Shown: in pieces, positions 19,073 to 28,112 of the stretch | Numbering within the stretch: position 1 is the first letter of the stretch | Layout of the letters: every line of letters begins with the position of its first letter | NCBI GenBank assembly: GCA_963768655.1 | Contig: CAVYIM010000008.1 | Location: forward strand, 1 to 64,000 | DNA from: an uncultured Chloroflexia bacterium | GTDB lineage: Bacteria; Chloroflexota; Limnocylindria; Limnocylindrales; CSP1-4 | Length of the DNA stretch: 64,000 bases | Direction: 5' to 3' | Notes under the pieces: model-generated | Seen by the model: the letters and a program-made list of their open reading frames with translations, nothing else | What the model was told of the DNA's origin: nothing | Database searches by the model: none | Program-made: the position numbers and the translations under genes

Positions 19073-19162
19073 CTAAGCGGCCAGGAGAGCCTCGACCAGC
19101 TCGTCCAGCCCATCGATCACGAAGGTTGGTGGCGTGCGTTTGCATCCCTCCGGGCGCGCCAA
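19073..19162 (-). other. Cryptic frame LARPEGCKRTPPTFVIDGLDELVEALLAA*, with att core at 19146-19161 (rightmost array boundary)
   Basis: Manual translation; conservative substitutions relative to the other two LLAA copies. Confidence 0.65.
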
Positions 19163-19411
19163 CACTAGACTGGTACCCGACTCGCGCCTTGGACGAGGCT
19201 GTTGGCGACCTCTGCCTTCGCCTTTTCGACCAGTTGCCGGAGTTCCTCTTCCATCACCCCGTCTGCTTCAGGAGGCTCCGCCTGCGAGTGGCTCGTCTTC
19301 AGACCACCGGCTGCGGGTCCTCAGGACATTGGATGGTCGCCGTCCAAGGCTCGCTGCCACCAGGAAGCGGTCCAGCGTTCCCAGATCCGCGACCGGCCCC
19401 CGGCAGATTCG

Positions 19412-21781
19412 CTATGAGGCGAGCGGGAGATCCGCGTGCCCGACCTCAGCGATGACGGCGTGCAGGGCGGAAGACGTTCGGGGGAGGGCGGCCTCCAGCT
19501 CGACGAGAACCTCTCTCCCACTCTGAGTCTCGCCCGAACGAGCCAGGGCGACGAGGCGGGCTGAGGCGTCCTCGACGAGGCGGGCGCCAACCTGCGACGC
19601 GGCGCCCTTCAGCTTGTGGGCGGCGTCTTCCAGGCCGTTTGGATCAGCCGTCTCGAGGGTCAGGCGGATCCGTGGAAGGCACTCGGCCACAGTCGTTTCG
19701 TAGTCGGCGACCATGTGGGCGAGGAAACCGTACGATCCATCTGGATCGAGCTGGCACAGCTCGGCGATCTGGTCCGAATCCAGCTCTCCTGTTTGCCTGT
19801 AGGAACCCGCCGCAGGCAAAGGAACAGGCGCGGCAGCGTCGATGACAGGCCGCTCGGCGAGCCATCTGCGCAGGGCTTTCACCAGGTCCGCGGCGACGAT
19901 CGGCTTGGACAGGTAGTCGTCCATCCCGGCAGCCAGACACGCTTCGCGATCGCCGGTCATGGCGTCGGCGGTCAGGGCGACGATCGGCAGCCTCCAGCCC
20001 TCGGCTCGCAGGGTTTGCGTGGCGGCGAAACCGTCCATCTCAGGCATGTGGCAATCCATCAGCACGACATCGAACCCGCCCGACCGCACGGCCTCGACCG
20101 CCTCCAGCCCGGTGCCCACCACCCGGACCTCGATGCCCAGGCGAGCCAGCATTCGTTCCGCCACGCGTTTGCCGGCCGGGTTGTCCTCGGCCACGAGCAC
20201 CCGCGCTCCCTCGATTCGGATGTCGCGTTCGAGCGGCTCATCGGCGGTTTCCACGCCGGCGATCTCGGCTTGAGTTGGCGTCGCCAGGACGGCCGTGAAC
20301 CAGAAGGTCGAACCCTCGCCGACGACCGAGTCGACGCCGATCTCCCCGCACATGAGGTTCACGAGCTTCTTGCAGATGGCCAGGCCGAGCCCCGTGCCGC
20401 CGAAGCGCCGCGTAGTTGAGCTGTCGACCTGGCTGAAGGGCTGGAAGAGCCTGGCCCGACCTTCTTCGTCGATGCCGAGGCCCGTGTCGCTGACTTCGAA
20501 GCGAAGCCGGGTCGCTCCTTCGAGAGTCGTGTCCACGCGTGCCCGAACCGTGACTCCGCCCTGCGAGGTGAACTTGATGGCGTTGCCGACCAGGTTCGAG
20601 AGAACCTGACGCAGCCGCAGAGAGTCGCCGGCGAGCACGGCCGGGATCTCGGGGCCGATCTCGGCGGTCAGTCCGATGCCCCTGGTTCGGGCGTTGATGC
20701 CGAACAGCTTCACGACCGAGTCGACGAGCCTGGCCGGAGCGAAGCCGGCGCGCTCCAGCTCCATCCGGTCGGCCTCGATCTTGGAGAAGTCCAGGACGTC
20801 GTTGATCAGCGAGAGGAGGGTGTTGCCGGCCGTCTCGATCGTCTGGACGCTCTCTCGCTCGTCGGGTGCCAGCGCCGCGTCGCCGAGCAGATGAGCGTTG
20901 CCCAGGATGGCGTTCATGGGCGTCCGGATCTCGTGGCTCATCATGGCCAGGAAGGCGCTCTTGGCCCGGTTGGCGGCCTCGGCGGCATCCTTCTCGGCTT
21001 TGAGGAGGTCCTGCTCGTGCACGGTCAACAGGCGCTTGTAGACGGTGTAGATGGCCACCAGGGGCACCACGAAGAATGCGACGTTCCAGATGGCCTGCGT
21101 GGCTGACTCGGCCATCAGATAGCCGATGACGGCCAGGGAGAAGCTGGTCGGAGCGGCGGAGAGCATCACTCTCTTCACGTCATTGGTCTGGCTGTCCAAA
21201 GCGCAGGTCATATAGGCAATACCGACACCCAAGTTCCCGGCCACGAAGGCCGCACCTCCCGCAAGGGCGCCCATCGCGACCCCCGGTTGGCCGGGAATGA
21301 CGCTTTTTGTGGCCAGGAACGCGAAGCCACCAAGCAGACCACCGATCGCGCACTCCGTGCGGTTGCCGACGAACCCATACCATGGAACCTTTCCGCGCAC
21401 CTCACGCCATACGAGGCTGCCCATCGCACCAACAGCCGCTCCCGCCACGGGACCGCCCAGCACCATGGCCGCAACCGCCGGTGCTGCCGACACAGAGAAC
21501 AGCGTCCCGTCCGGGAACTTCACCTCAAAGGCTGATGCCAGCATCGTGATCGTGGTCCAGAGGGCGATGCCCAGCACGATGGCGAAAGCCGAGTCCCCGA
21601 ATGGCCGAAGAGCAATGCCCGCCAGCACGTTGGGGGGCAGAAACAAGACCGATGCAAGTACTGCGCCGGCTTCGGTCGTGGCGACCGCAAGCAGGACTAC
21701 GAGGAAGGCGCGGGGATGGACCATTCCGGGTATGCCCCACCTAGATGGTGGCCTGAGCTTCCCCGTCTCCGCGCTCACCAC
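19412..21781 (-). CDS. Membrane-bound hybrid histidine kinase (TM-HisKA-HATPase-REC-HPt)
   Basis: [29 protein letters not shown] and AHKLKGAA motifs. Confidence 0.92.
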   Translation of the reverse strand: MVSAETGKLRPPSRWGIPGMVHPRAFLVVLLAVATTEAGAVLASVLFLPPNVLAGIALRPFGDSAFAIVLGIALWTTITMLASAFEVKFPDGTLFSVSAAPAVAAMVLGGPVAGAAVGAMGSLVWREVRGKVPWYGFVGNRTECAIGGLLGGFAFLATKSVIPGQPGVAMGALAGGAAFVAGNLGVGIAYMTCALDSQTNDVKRVMLSAAPTSFSLAVIGYLMAESATQAIWNVAFFVVPLVAIYTVYKRLLTVHEQDLLKAEKDAAEAANRAKSAFLAMMSHEIRTPMNAILGNAHLLGDAALAPDERESVQTIETAGNTLLSLINDVLDFSKIEADRMELERAGFAPARLVDSVVKLFGINARTRGIGLTAEIGPEIPAVLAGDSLRLRQVLSNLVGNAIKFTSQGGVTVRARVDTTLEGATRLRFEVSDTGLGIDEEGRARLFQPFSQVDSSTTRRFGGTGLGLAICKKLVNLMCGEIGVDSVVGEGSTFWFTAVLATPTQAEIAGVETADEPLERDIRIEGARVLVAEDNPAGKRVAERMLARLGIEVRVVGTGLEAVEAVRSGGFDVVLMDCHMPEMDGFAATQTLRAEGWRLPIVALTADAMTGDREACLAAGMDDYLSKPIVAADLVKALRRWLAERPVIDAAAPVPLPAAGSYRQTGELDSDQIAELCQLDPDGSYGFLAHMVADYETTVAECLPRIRLTLETADPNGLEDAAHKLKGAASQVGARLVEDASARLVALARSGETQSGREVLVELEAALPRTSSALHAVIAEVGHADLPLAS

Positions 21782-21790
21782 GTCGTGTCC

Positions 21791-22498
21791 CTACGAGATG
21801 GCGTGGACGGCGGCCACGCGTTGTAGGGCGGCGCGCAGCTCACCCAGCTCCGCCACGAGGCCGGTTCCGAAGTGCAGCGCCTCAAGGTCGCTGCCCGCAT
21901 TCAGGACGCGACAGGCCGCCGCGATAGCGAGCCGGCCGCCGAATAGAGCCGCGGGCTCGTCCACGCGATCGGCGATGGCTCGCACAGCCTTGGCGTTGCG
22001 GGCTCTCAACGCGGCCACCAGCTCGCCCGAGAGTCGCTCCAGGACGGGTACCGTGGCGCTCGCCAGTGGGGCGTATTCGACCTCGCCGATCTTCAGGCGC
22101 TCCAGGGTCCTCTCCCGCAGCTCGATGATCGCGTTCTCGTCCGCCAGGGCGGCCCGCACTCTCGCCAGGACCGTCGAGGGTTTGAAGGGCTTGACGATGT
22201 AGTCGCGAACTCCCTGGCCGATCATGTCCACCACCGTGTCACGATCGGCGACGTTGGTGATCATGATCACCGGGATGGTGGCCGTGCGCGGATCCGCTCG
22301 CAGACGGGCCAGCAGTTCGCGGCCATCCATCTCGGGCATGCGGATGTCGCTGATGACCAGCTGGCATGGTTCGCCGCTCCCCAGGACGTGCAGCGCCTCG
22401 AGGCCGGACGCAGCCTGCTTGATGACAACGTCCTCAGCTCTGAGGGCCATCTCCAACAGAGTCCGTGAAGCCGGTTCGTCATCAACAATCAGGATCAC
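21791..22498 (-). CDS. Response regulator with a C-terminal helical (degenerate HPt-like) domain
   Basis: ILIVDDE, ISDIRMPEMDG, DYIVKPF; start codon uncertain. Confidence 0.85.
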   Translation of the reverse strand: MILIVDDEPASRTLLEMALRAEDVVIKQAASGLEALHVLGSGEPCQLVISDIRMPEMDGRELLARLRADPRTATIPVIMITNVADRDTVVDMIGQGVRDYIVKPFKPSTVLARVRAALADENAIIELRERTLERLKIGEVEYAPLASATVPVLERLSGELVAALRARNAKAVRAIADRVDEPAALFGGRLAIAAACRVLNAGSDLEALHFGTGLVAELGELRAALQRVAAVHAIS

Positions 22499-23320
22499 AG
22501 CGTCCCCTACGTGCTGGCGCCCTGCCGCCGCCCTGGCTGCCGCACCGAGACACGGTTGTCCAACTCGACGGACAGGAGAACCCTGGGAGTAATCGGCTGA
22601 GCCTTGCTCTCGGTTGACCCCGGAGCTGCTGGCGCCCGCAGGCAACGGTCACTCCCGTCCCCGTACCACTGCCCAACCCAGCGTCTGCTCACGGCAATCT
22701 GCTCTGACCATGCCGCCCAGTCGTTGACGAGGCCACCGCACGGCCAAGTGCCGTTGCCTCCGATCTCCGCACAATGGTGCCAACGCGGATTGACCAACGT
22801 ACGGGGTCCCATTACTATGCGCCGGAAGGTCGGATTCACCGGCCAGCTGCCCGAGGAGGAACTTCGATGGGCCGGCACTGGTAGTCTCGGCAAAGGCTGC
22901 TTGAAGTCACCTGACATGAACCGAAGGGGACCCTGGTTCGTGTGAGACGCGGGCCCACGCAGGTGACAACGCATCGATGAGATGCCCCGGTCACGTCAGA
23001 TCGGGGCATCTGCATGTCTTGGCCCGGCCGCCAGGCCCTCCTCCTCGTGGCACAAACGCACCGACCCGTGGTGCGTTGGATCCACGCCCCTACTTCCATC
23101 CGACTTGACGGGGTCCTCCAGCTGTGCAGCTCCGCTGGAAGCCGTGGCCTATCCGCACCGTTGGTCTTCCTAGGGGAGAACCACTAAAGGGAAGCGGGCA
23201 TGCGGCCGAGACCAATGGCACGAATTGTGATCGGCGTGATCGCTCGCGCCTCGTAAGTGAACAAGCACTCCCGACCGCACTAGTTTCAACAGCGAGACGG
23301 CATTGCACAGAAGCGAGCCT

Positions 23321-25474
23321 ATGGGCAGCGACCCATCCTTCGGCCGCCGCTCGACCCTGCGTTCCGTCAGCAGTCGTGGGCGCGGTGGCCGACGACGCAG
23401 GCCGCTGGTCGACGGTCTGCCGATCGTGTCCTACTCCTACGCCATCGGCGTAAAGGGGACCTGCACGGCCAGCGCCCGTGTGAGTCCGAACATCCTCGAG
23501 ATGGCAGGCTACACGCCATCCGGATTCATGAGCGGCCCGGGCTTCGATGACGTCGTCTTTGAGCCAGACCGGCCCGTTGCCCGCCGCCTGCATTCAATCG
23601 GCGGTCAGGCGGAATACCGGATCGTGCGTGCCGACGGCACGATCGTTCCCATAGTCGACGCTTGTGAAGTCGCTGGCCGGTCGAGACGAGTGGTCCGAGG
23701 CATCCTCGTCGAACGGCCGCTCGAACAGATTGCCCCCACGGACGCGATCGGCAGCCAGCTTCTCAACCGACTACCGGTTGTCACCTACATCGACAGGATC
23801 GAATCGGGGACGCGACGCAGGATCCGCCTCTACACCAGCCCCCAGGTCTTCGTGCTCGTTGGGCACACTCCCGACGAGATCCTCGCGGATGCTGGTCTCT
23901 GGCCGTCGCTGCTGGATCCATCGAGTGGCTCTCCGCCGCGTTTGGACGACGCGCGTCCAGGCCAGAGCGTTCGCAGTGAATACCGAGTGCTGACAAGGGA
24001 CGGGAGAACCGTCTGGGTGAGCGACGAGGCCTGCCTCTACGGTGACGGAGCAGTGGAGTACGTCTACGGGGTAATCCGCGACATCACCGGAGAACACGAA
24101 GCGGAGGTCCAAGCCCGACTCGCCGGCAGCCGCGATACGCTGACCACGCTCCTGAACCGCCGCGCGTTCCTGGAGGTCATGGCGACCCAGATAGACGAGG
24201 CGCGCCGGCTCGACGAGGAATTGAGCCTCCTCCTCGTGGACCTCGATGGCTTCCGGCACATAAACGACGCGCTCGGCCATCCGTTCGGCGACAGACTGCT
24301 GATCGCCGTCGCCCGCCGGTTCGAGCGATCCTTCCGCTCGCGCGACCCGCTGGCAAGGCTCGGTGGAGATGAGTTCGCTGCGATCCTCCGAGGCGTTTCC
24401 CGCGACGACGCATCTCGGATCGCTCGTGAGGTCGCCGAGACGCTAGAGGCGCCCTTCCTGCTCGACGGCCGTCAGGTCACGGTCGCCGCGTCGATGGGCG
24501 TAGCCTCCCTGGCAGATCGGATCGTCTCGACCGGGGTGGACTTGATGAGGCTAGCCGAAGTCGCGATGTATTCCGCCAAGCAAGGGCACAACCGCGTCGT
24601 CGCGTACGAGAACGACCTCCGAATCGCTCCCAGTGGCGGAGCTGATTTCTCCCGACTGGGAGAAATGCACTCTGGTATCGAGCGCCGCGAGTTCGTTCTC
24701 GCCTACCAGCCCTTCCTGCGCAGCCCACAGGGCAAGGTCGACGCCTGCGAAGCCCTTCTGCGCTGGAATCATCCGTTTCGAGGCACGCTTCCTCCCGGCG
24801 ACTTCCTTCCTTTGGCCGAGCGTGTCGGTCTCATTCGAGAGCTGGATCTCATCGCCCTGGACCTCGCCAGCCATCAGGCCGCCGCCTGGCGGGACGCCGG
24901 GCTGAACATGAGAGTTGCGGTCAACGCCAGTCGGGAGTCGCTTCTCGATGAGGAATACAGCCACCATGTCGCCGCAGCGCTGACCCGCTACGGTCTCCGC
25001 GGTCCTGAGATCGAGATCGAGATCACCGAGCAGGGCATCCTGGGCGATCCCGGCCAGGCTGCCAGATTCGCCGAGAGACTCGAACGAATCGGAGTCAGGC
25101 TGGCCCTCGACGATTTCGGAACCGGCTACTCGTCCTTTGCGCAACTCCGCGAACTCAAGGTGTCCACGCTCAAGATCGACAAGAGTTTCGTGTCGGGTGT
25201 GCTCGCCTACGACAAGGACGCGGCGATCGTCGAGACGATCCTGAGTCTCGGGCATAGACTCGGCAAGACGGTGGTGGCCGAGGGCGTGGAGGACCTGGAG
25301 ACGCTGGATCGCCTGCGGGTACTGGGAGTCGACTACATCCAGGGCTATGCGGTCGCCCGTCCGATGCCGGCCGAAGAACTGGCTCCATGGCTGGCGGCGT
25401 ACAGGCCACCCGTGCCCAACGAGAAGACCCAGCCCAAGCTTCTGTCCCGCAGGCGAAAGGGATTAGCGGCCTAG
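23321..25474 (+). CDS. PAS-GGDEF-EAL diguanylate cyclase/phosphodiesterase
   Basis: ARLGGDEF, EALLRW, DDFGTGYSS, KIDKSFV and AEGVE motifs. Confidence 0.92.
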   Translation: MGSDPSFGRRSTLRSVSSRGRGGRRRRPLVDGLPIVSYSYAIGVKGTCTASARVSPNILEMAGYTPSGFMSGPGFDDVVFEPDRPVARRLHSIGGQAEYRIVRADGTIVPIVDACEVAGRSRRVVRGILVERPLEQIAPTDAIGSQLLNRLPVVTYIDRIESGTRRRIRLYTSPQVFVLVGHTPDEILADAGLWPSLLDPSSGSPPRLDDARPGQSVRSEYRVLTRDGRTVWVSDEACLYGDGAVEYVYGVIRDITGEHEAEVQARLAGSRDTLTTLLNRRAFLEVMATQIDEARRLDEELSLLLVDLDGFRHINDALGHPFGDRLLIAVARRFERSFRSRDPLARLGGDEFAAILRGVSRDDASRIAREVAETLEAPFLLDGRQVTVAASMGVASLADRIVSTGVDLMRLAEVAMYSAKQGHNRVVAYENDLRIAPSGGADFSRLGEMHSGIERREFVLAYQPFLRSPQGKVDACEALLRWNHPFRGTLPPGDFLPLAERVGLIRELDLIALDLASHQAAAWRDAGLNMRVAVNASRESLLDEEYSHHVAAALTRYGLRGPEIEIEITEQGILGDPGQAARFAERLERIGVRLALDDFGTGYSSFAQLRELKVSTLKIDKSFVSGVLAYDKDAAIVETILSLGHRLGKTVVAEGVEDLETLDRLRVLGVDYIQGYAVARPMPAEELAPWLAAYRPPVPNEKTQPKLLSRRRKGLAA

Positions 25475-25588
25475 CCAGACCCGGGAGGCGGCGATGACGC
25501 CGTCTCGAATGGCTTCAATTCGCTTCGTCTCGGCTGCCGCCATTTCGTTGAATCGATTCGCTCCATCTGGGCCTGTCCGCGTCCCTCG

Positions 25589-26971
25589 ATGCCTCTGGCT
25601 GAAGTGATGAAGGCACGATCTGCAGCGGCGCAGGTTACCGCCAATGGCTCGTCGGTGGGGGTCCGCGCGGGAACTTCAGTCCCGAGACCACGTATCGTTG
25701 GCAGCGACCACCCCTTCCGTCACGGTGCGCCAGTGGCCATTCGAGAGAACCCATACGTGCGACTCGCGCATCAGCGTGGCTTCGTTCTGCTTTGGGCCGG
25801 CCAGCTGGTGAGCCTCTTTGGCGACCGCATCAACCAGATGGCGCTGATCATGCTCGTGGTCAACCTTGGATCGTCTTCGCTGGCCATGGCCGCAGTCTTC
25901 TCTGCGGCGATGCTGCCCGCCATCGTGCTGGGACCTCTGCTTGGGGCGTTCGTAGATCGGGTGGATCAGCGAAGGCTCCTGATAGCCCTGGACCTGTTTC
26001 GGGCGGTCCTGGTCGCCCTGATCCCGGTGGCCGTCGTCTTCTCGTTCTGGCTCGCGATCCCGCTGCTGCTGGTGATCGGTTCCGCCTCGGCAGCCTTTGG
26101 CCCGGCACGCTTCGCCGTAGTTTCCCGGGCAGTGGCCAAAGAAGATCTCGCGGCCGCCAACGGCTCTCTCATGGCTGCCGACAACCTGGCCGACCTGGCG
26201 GGCTATCCCCTGGCCGGCGCAGTCGTAGTCATTCTGGCGGCAAACCTGCCGTTGGCTTTCTATCTGGACGCCATGAGCTACGTCGTATCCGCCTTGGCGA
26301 TCGCTCGCGCCGGCACCCGCTTGGCAGAGCCGATCCCGGCGCCGCCCTTTGCTCTGGACGTCAGGACCCAGATGTCGGCAGCCTGGAACTTCCTGCGCCG
26401 AGAGCCGGCCCTTTTCGCGAACACCGTGCAGGGCGTGCTCGGTCAGGTGAGCACAGGAGTCTGCGTGGTCCTTATGCCTCTCTATGCCACCGCCTTGCTG
26501 GCCAGCGGGAGCAACGTCGCTCCGGGGTTTGCCGTCGGTGCGATTCAGACAGGCCTTGGAGTGGGCCTGGTCCTGGGAAGCGTCATCGTCGGCGCAAGCA
26601 GTCATCGGTTCCGGCCGGGTCGGCTGGTGATCACTGGGTATGTCAGCAGCGGACTGCTCATCGCTCTCTACGCGGTCAGTCGGAATCTGTTCGTCGCGAT
26701 TCCCATCGTGGTCGCGGGTGGGGTCGCGAACATGGTCTATGTGATCCCGAGCCTGGCCCTCTTCGGCAAACGCGTGCCCGCCGCCATGATGGGCCGAGTG
26801 ATCGCGCTGAGGCGAGCCATGGTTGGCGCGGCGTACTTGCTCGGCATGCAACTCGCCGGCATCCTCGGTTCCCCGCTTGGGTTCGAGTCCGTTCTCCTGG
26901 CAACGGGCCTGTTTACGATGCTCACCGGCGGCATCGCCGCGCTCTTCCCTCAAGCGCGAGACGCCGACTGA
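25589..26971 (+). CDS. MFS transporter
   Basis: LLWAGQLVSLFGD and GAFVDRVDQRR (motif A); many hydrophobic segments. Confidence 0.88.
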   Translation: MPLAEVMKARSAAAQVTANGSSVGVRAGTSVPRPRIVGSDHPFRHGAPVAIRENPYVRLAHQRGFVLLWAGQLVSLFGDRINQMALIMLVVNLGSSSLAMAAVFSAAMLPAIVLGPLLGAFVDRVDQRRLLIALDLFRAVLVALIPVAVVFSFWLAIPLLLVIGSASAAFGPARFAVVSRAVAKEDLAAANGSLMAADNLADLAGYPLAGAVVVILAANLPLAFYLDAMSYVVSALAIARAGTRLAEPIPAPPFALDVRTQMSAAWNFLRREPALFANTVQGVLGQVSTGVCVVLMPLYATALLASGSNVAPGFAVGAIQTGLGVGLVLGSVIVGASSHRFRPGRLVITGYVSSGLLIALYAVSRNLFVAIPIVVAGGVANMVYVIPSLALFGKRVPAAMMGRVIALRRAMVGAAYLLGMQLAGILGSPLGFESVLLATGLFTMLTGGIAALFPQARDAD

Positions 26972-27016
26972 ACATCACCACTTCCTCGGTCTCCGCACCC
27001 GACGGGCAGGGACGGT

Positions 27017-27270
27017 GCTGTGGATATCGCCGTGCTGCGCCAGCTGGCGGGCGGCGCCTGGGATCTCGCCGCCTTCAGCACCGAGGAACTAGCACGGGCA
27101 CACGCGATCGTCGAGCGCTACGCCGACCAGTCGACCGGGCTCGCCGACGCGTCGATTGTCGTCCTTGCCGGCCGCCATCAGACACGAACCGTCGTAACCC
27201 TCGATCGCAGGCACTTCGGGGTTGTTCGGCCGATCGACGGCGGCAGCTTCGAGATCCTGCCTTGGCGCGA
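27017..27270 (+). pseudogene. VapC/PIN toxin C-terminal fragment
   Basis: ERYAD..GLADASIVVLA....VVTLDRRHF..VRP..G..FEILP; N-terminus missing. Confidence 0.7.
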
Positions 27271-27333
27271 GCCACGGACGCGGCCGGCCACCGGTAAGGC
27301 CGTCGACCGCCAGGTGGCCCAGGACGTAGCCCG

Positions 27334-27420
27334 CTGCTCAAGGATTGCGCCAAGCTTGTTGGCGGCCTCCGGTTGAAGGTCAGGCGAGACGTGCGAGTAC
27401 ATGTCGTTCACATCGTGGCC
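27334..27420 (-). pseudogene. Tyrosine integrase C-terminal remnant
   Basis: GH...DMYSHVSPDLQPEAANKL resembles the catalytic-Tyr box of phage integrases. Confidence 0.55.
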
Positions 27421-27451
27421 CGTGGGTGCGCGGTGGAGAGACCCGCTGCCC

Positions 27452-27811
27452 TCAGCGGCCTCGGGCCGCATTCTCAGCCAGGCGAGCTCTGACGAGCTTC
27501 TGGACCAGCACCTCGGGAATAGGCTCGTCCGCCTGGAAACGGATGGTGCTCTTGCCCGATAAGTACGGCCGCAGGTCCTCGGTGAAGTCGGCCAGCACGG
27601 CGCGGCTCAGCGGGAACAGGCTCAGGTGATTCTTGAAGGCTGCGTAGGATACGAGCATGCGCCCGTTGGCGCGGAAGGTCGGTATCTGGTAGCTAATGAC
27701 CTCTGTCGCCTCGGGCACGACCGCCCTGATCGTGGCGCGTAGCCTCTCGAGGGCGGCCCGCTGTTCAGGGTCACAGGCTGCCAGATACTCCTCGACGCTC
27801 TGCACCGTCAT
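27452..27811 (-). CDS. DUF1801 (YdhG-like) protein
   Basis: VEEYLA...LRATIRAVVPEATEVISYQIPTF...AAFKNHLSLFP...KSTIRF. Confidence 0.88.
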   Translation of the reverse strand: MTVQSVEEYLAACDPEQRAALERLRATIRAVVPEATEVISYQIPTFRANGRMLVSYAAFKNHLSLFPLSRAVLADFTEDLRPYLSGKSTIRFQADEPIPEVLVQKLVRARLAENAARGR

Positions 27812-28112
27812 CGCCGCTGCCTCCAACCCGTACACGTAGTCGTGCCGGGCAACCACGATACTGCGCCCGACGTCACCCCGATCGGAGTGGGCACCGGGGA
27901 CCTTCCGGCGACACGATGATCTAACAGTGTCGGAAGTTGTGGCCCTTGGCCGCCCCCGACCTCACCATCGCCGGCTGACGTCAACTCGTGAACTGCGGCA
28001 CCCCGGCCCAATCGGCAACGGATCGATGCCAGGCCAGTCGAGTGTCACGGACGTCTGGTGGCCATGGGTGTGATCGGCGCCGCCCACTGCCCTTCGCCAT
28101 TGACCGAGCGGG

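Noticed and set aside
2948-19161. CRISPR array from the repeated 15-16 bp core
   Set aside because: Repeats are too short, spacing ranges from 6 bp to about 9 kb, and there are no cas genes.
19162-19411. Recombinase body reading into the last att core
   Set aside because: The in-frame translation is Arg/Gly-rich with no recombinase motifs; only a short frame ending ...EEELRQLVEKAK...PV* is seen in another frame.
22500-23320. c-di-GMP riboswitch upstream of the GGDEF-EAL gene
   Set aside because: I could not recognise the consensus motifs by eye; a covariance-model scan is needed.
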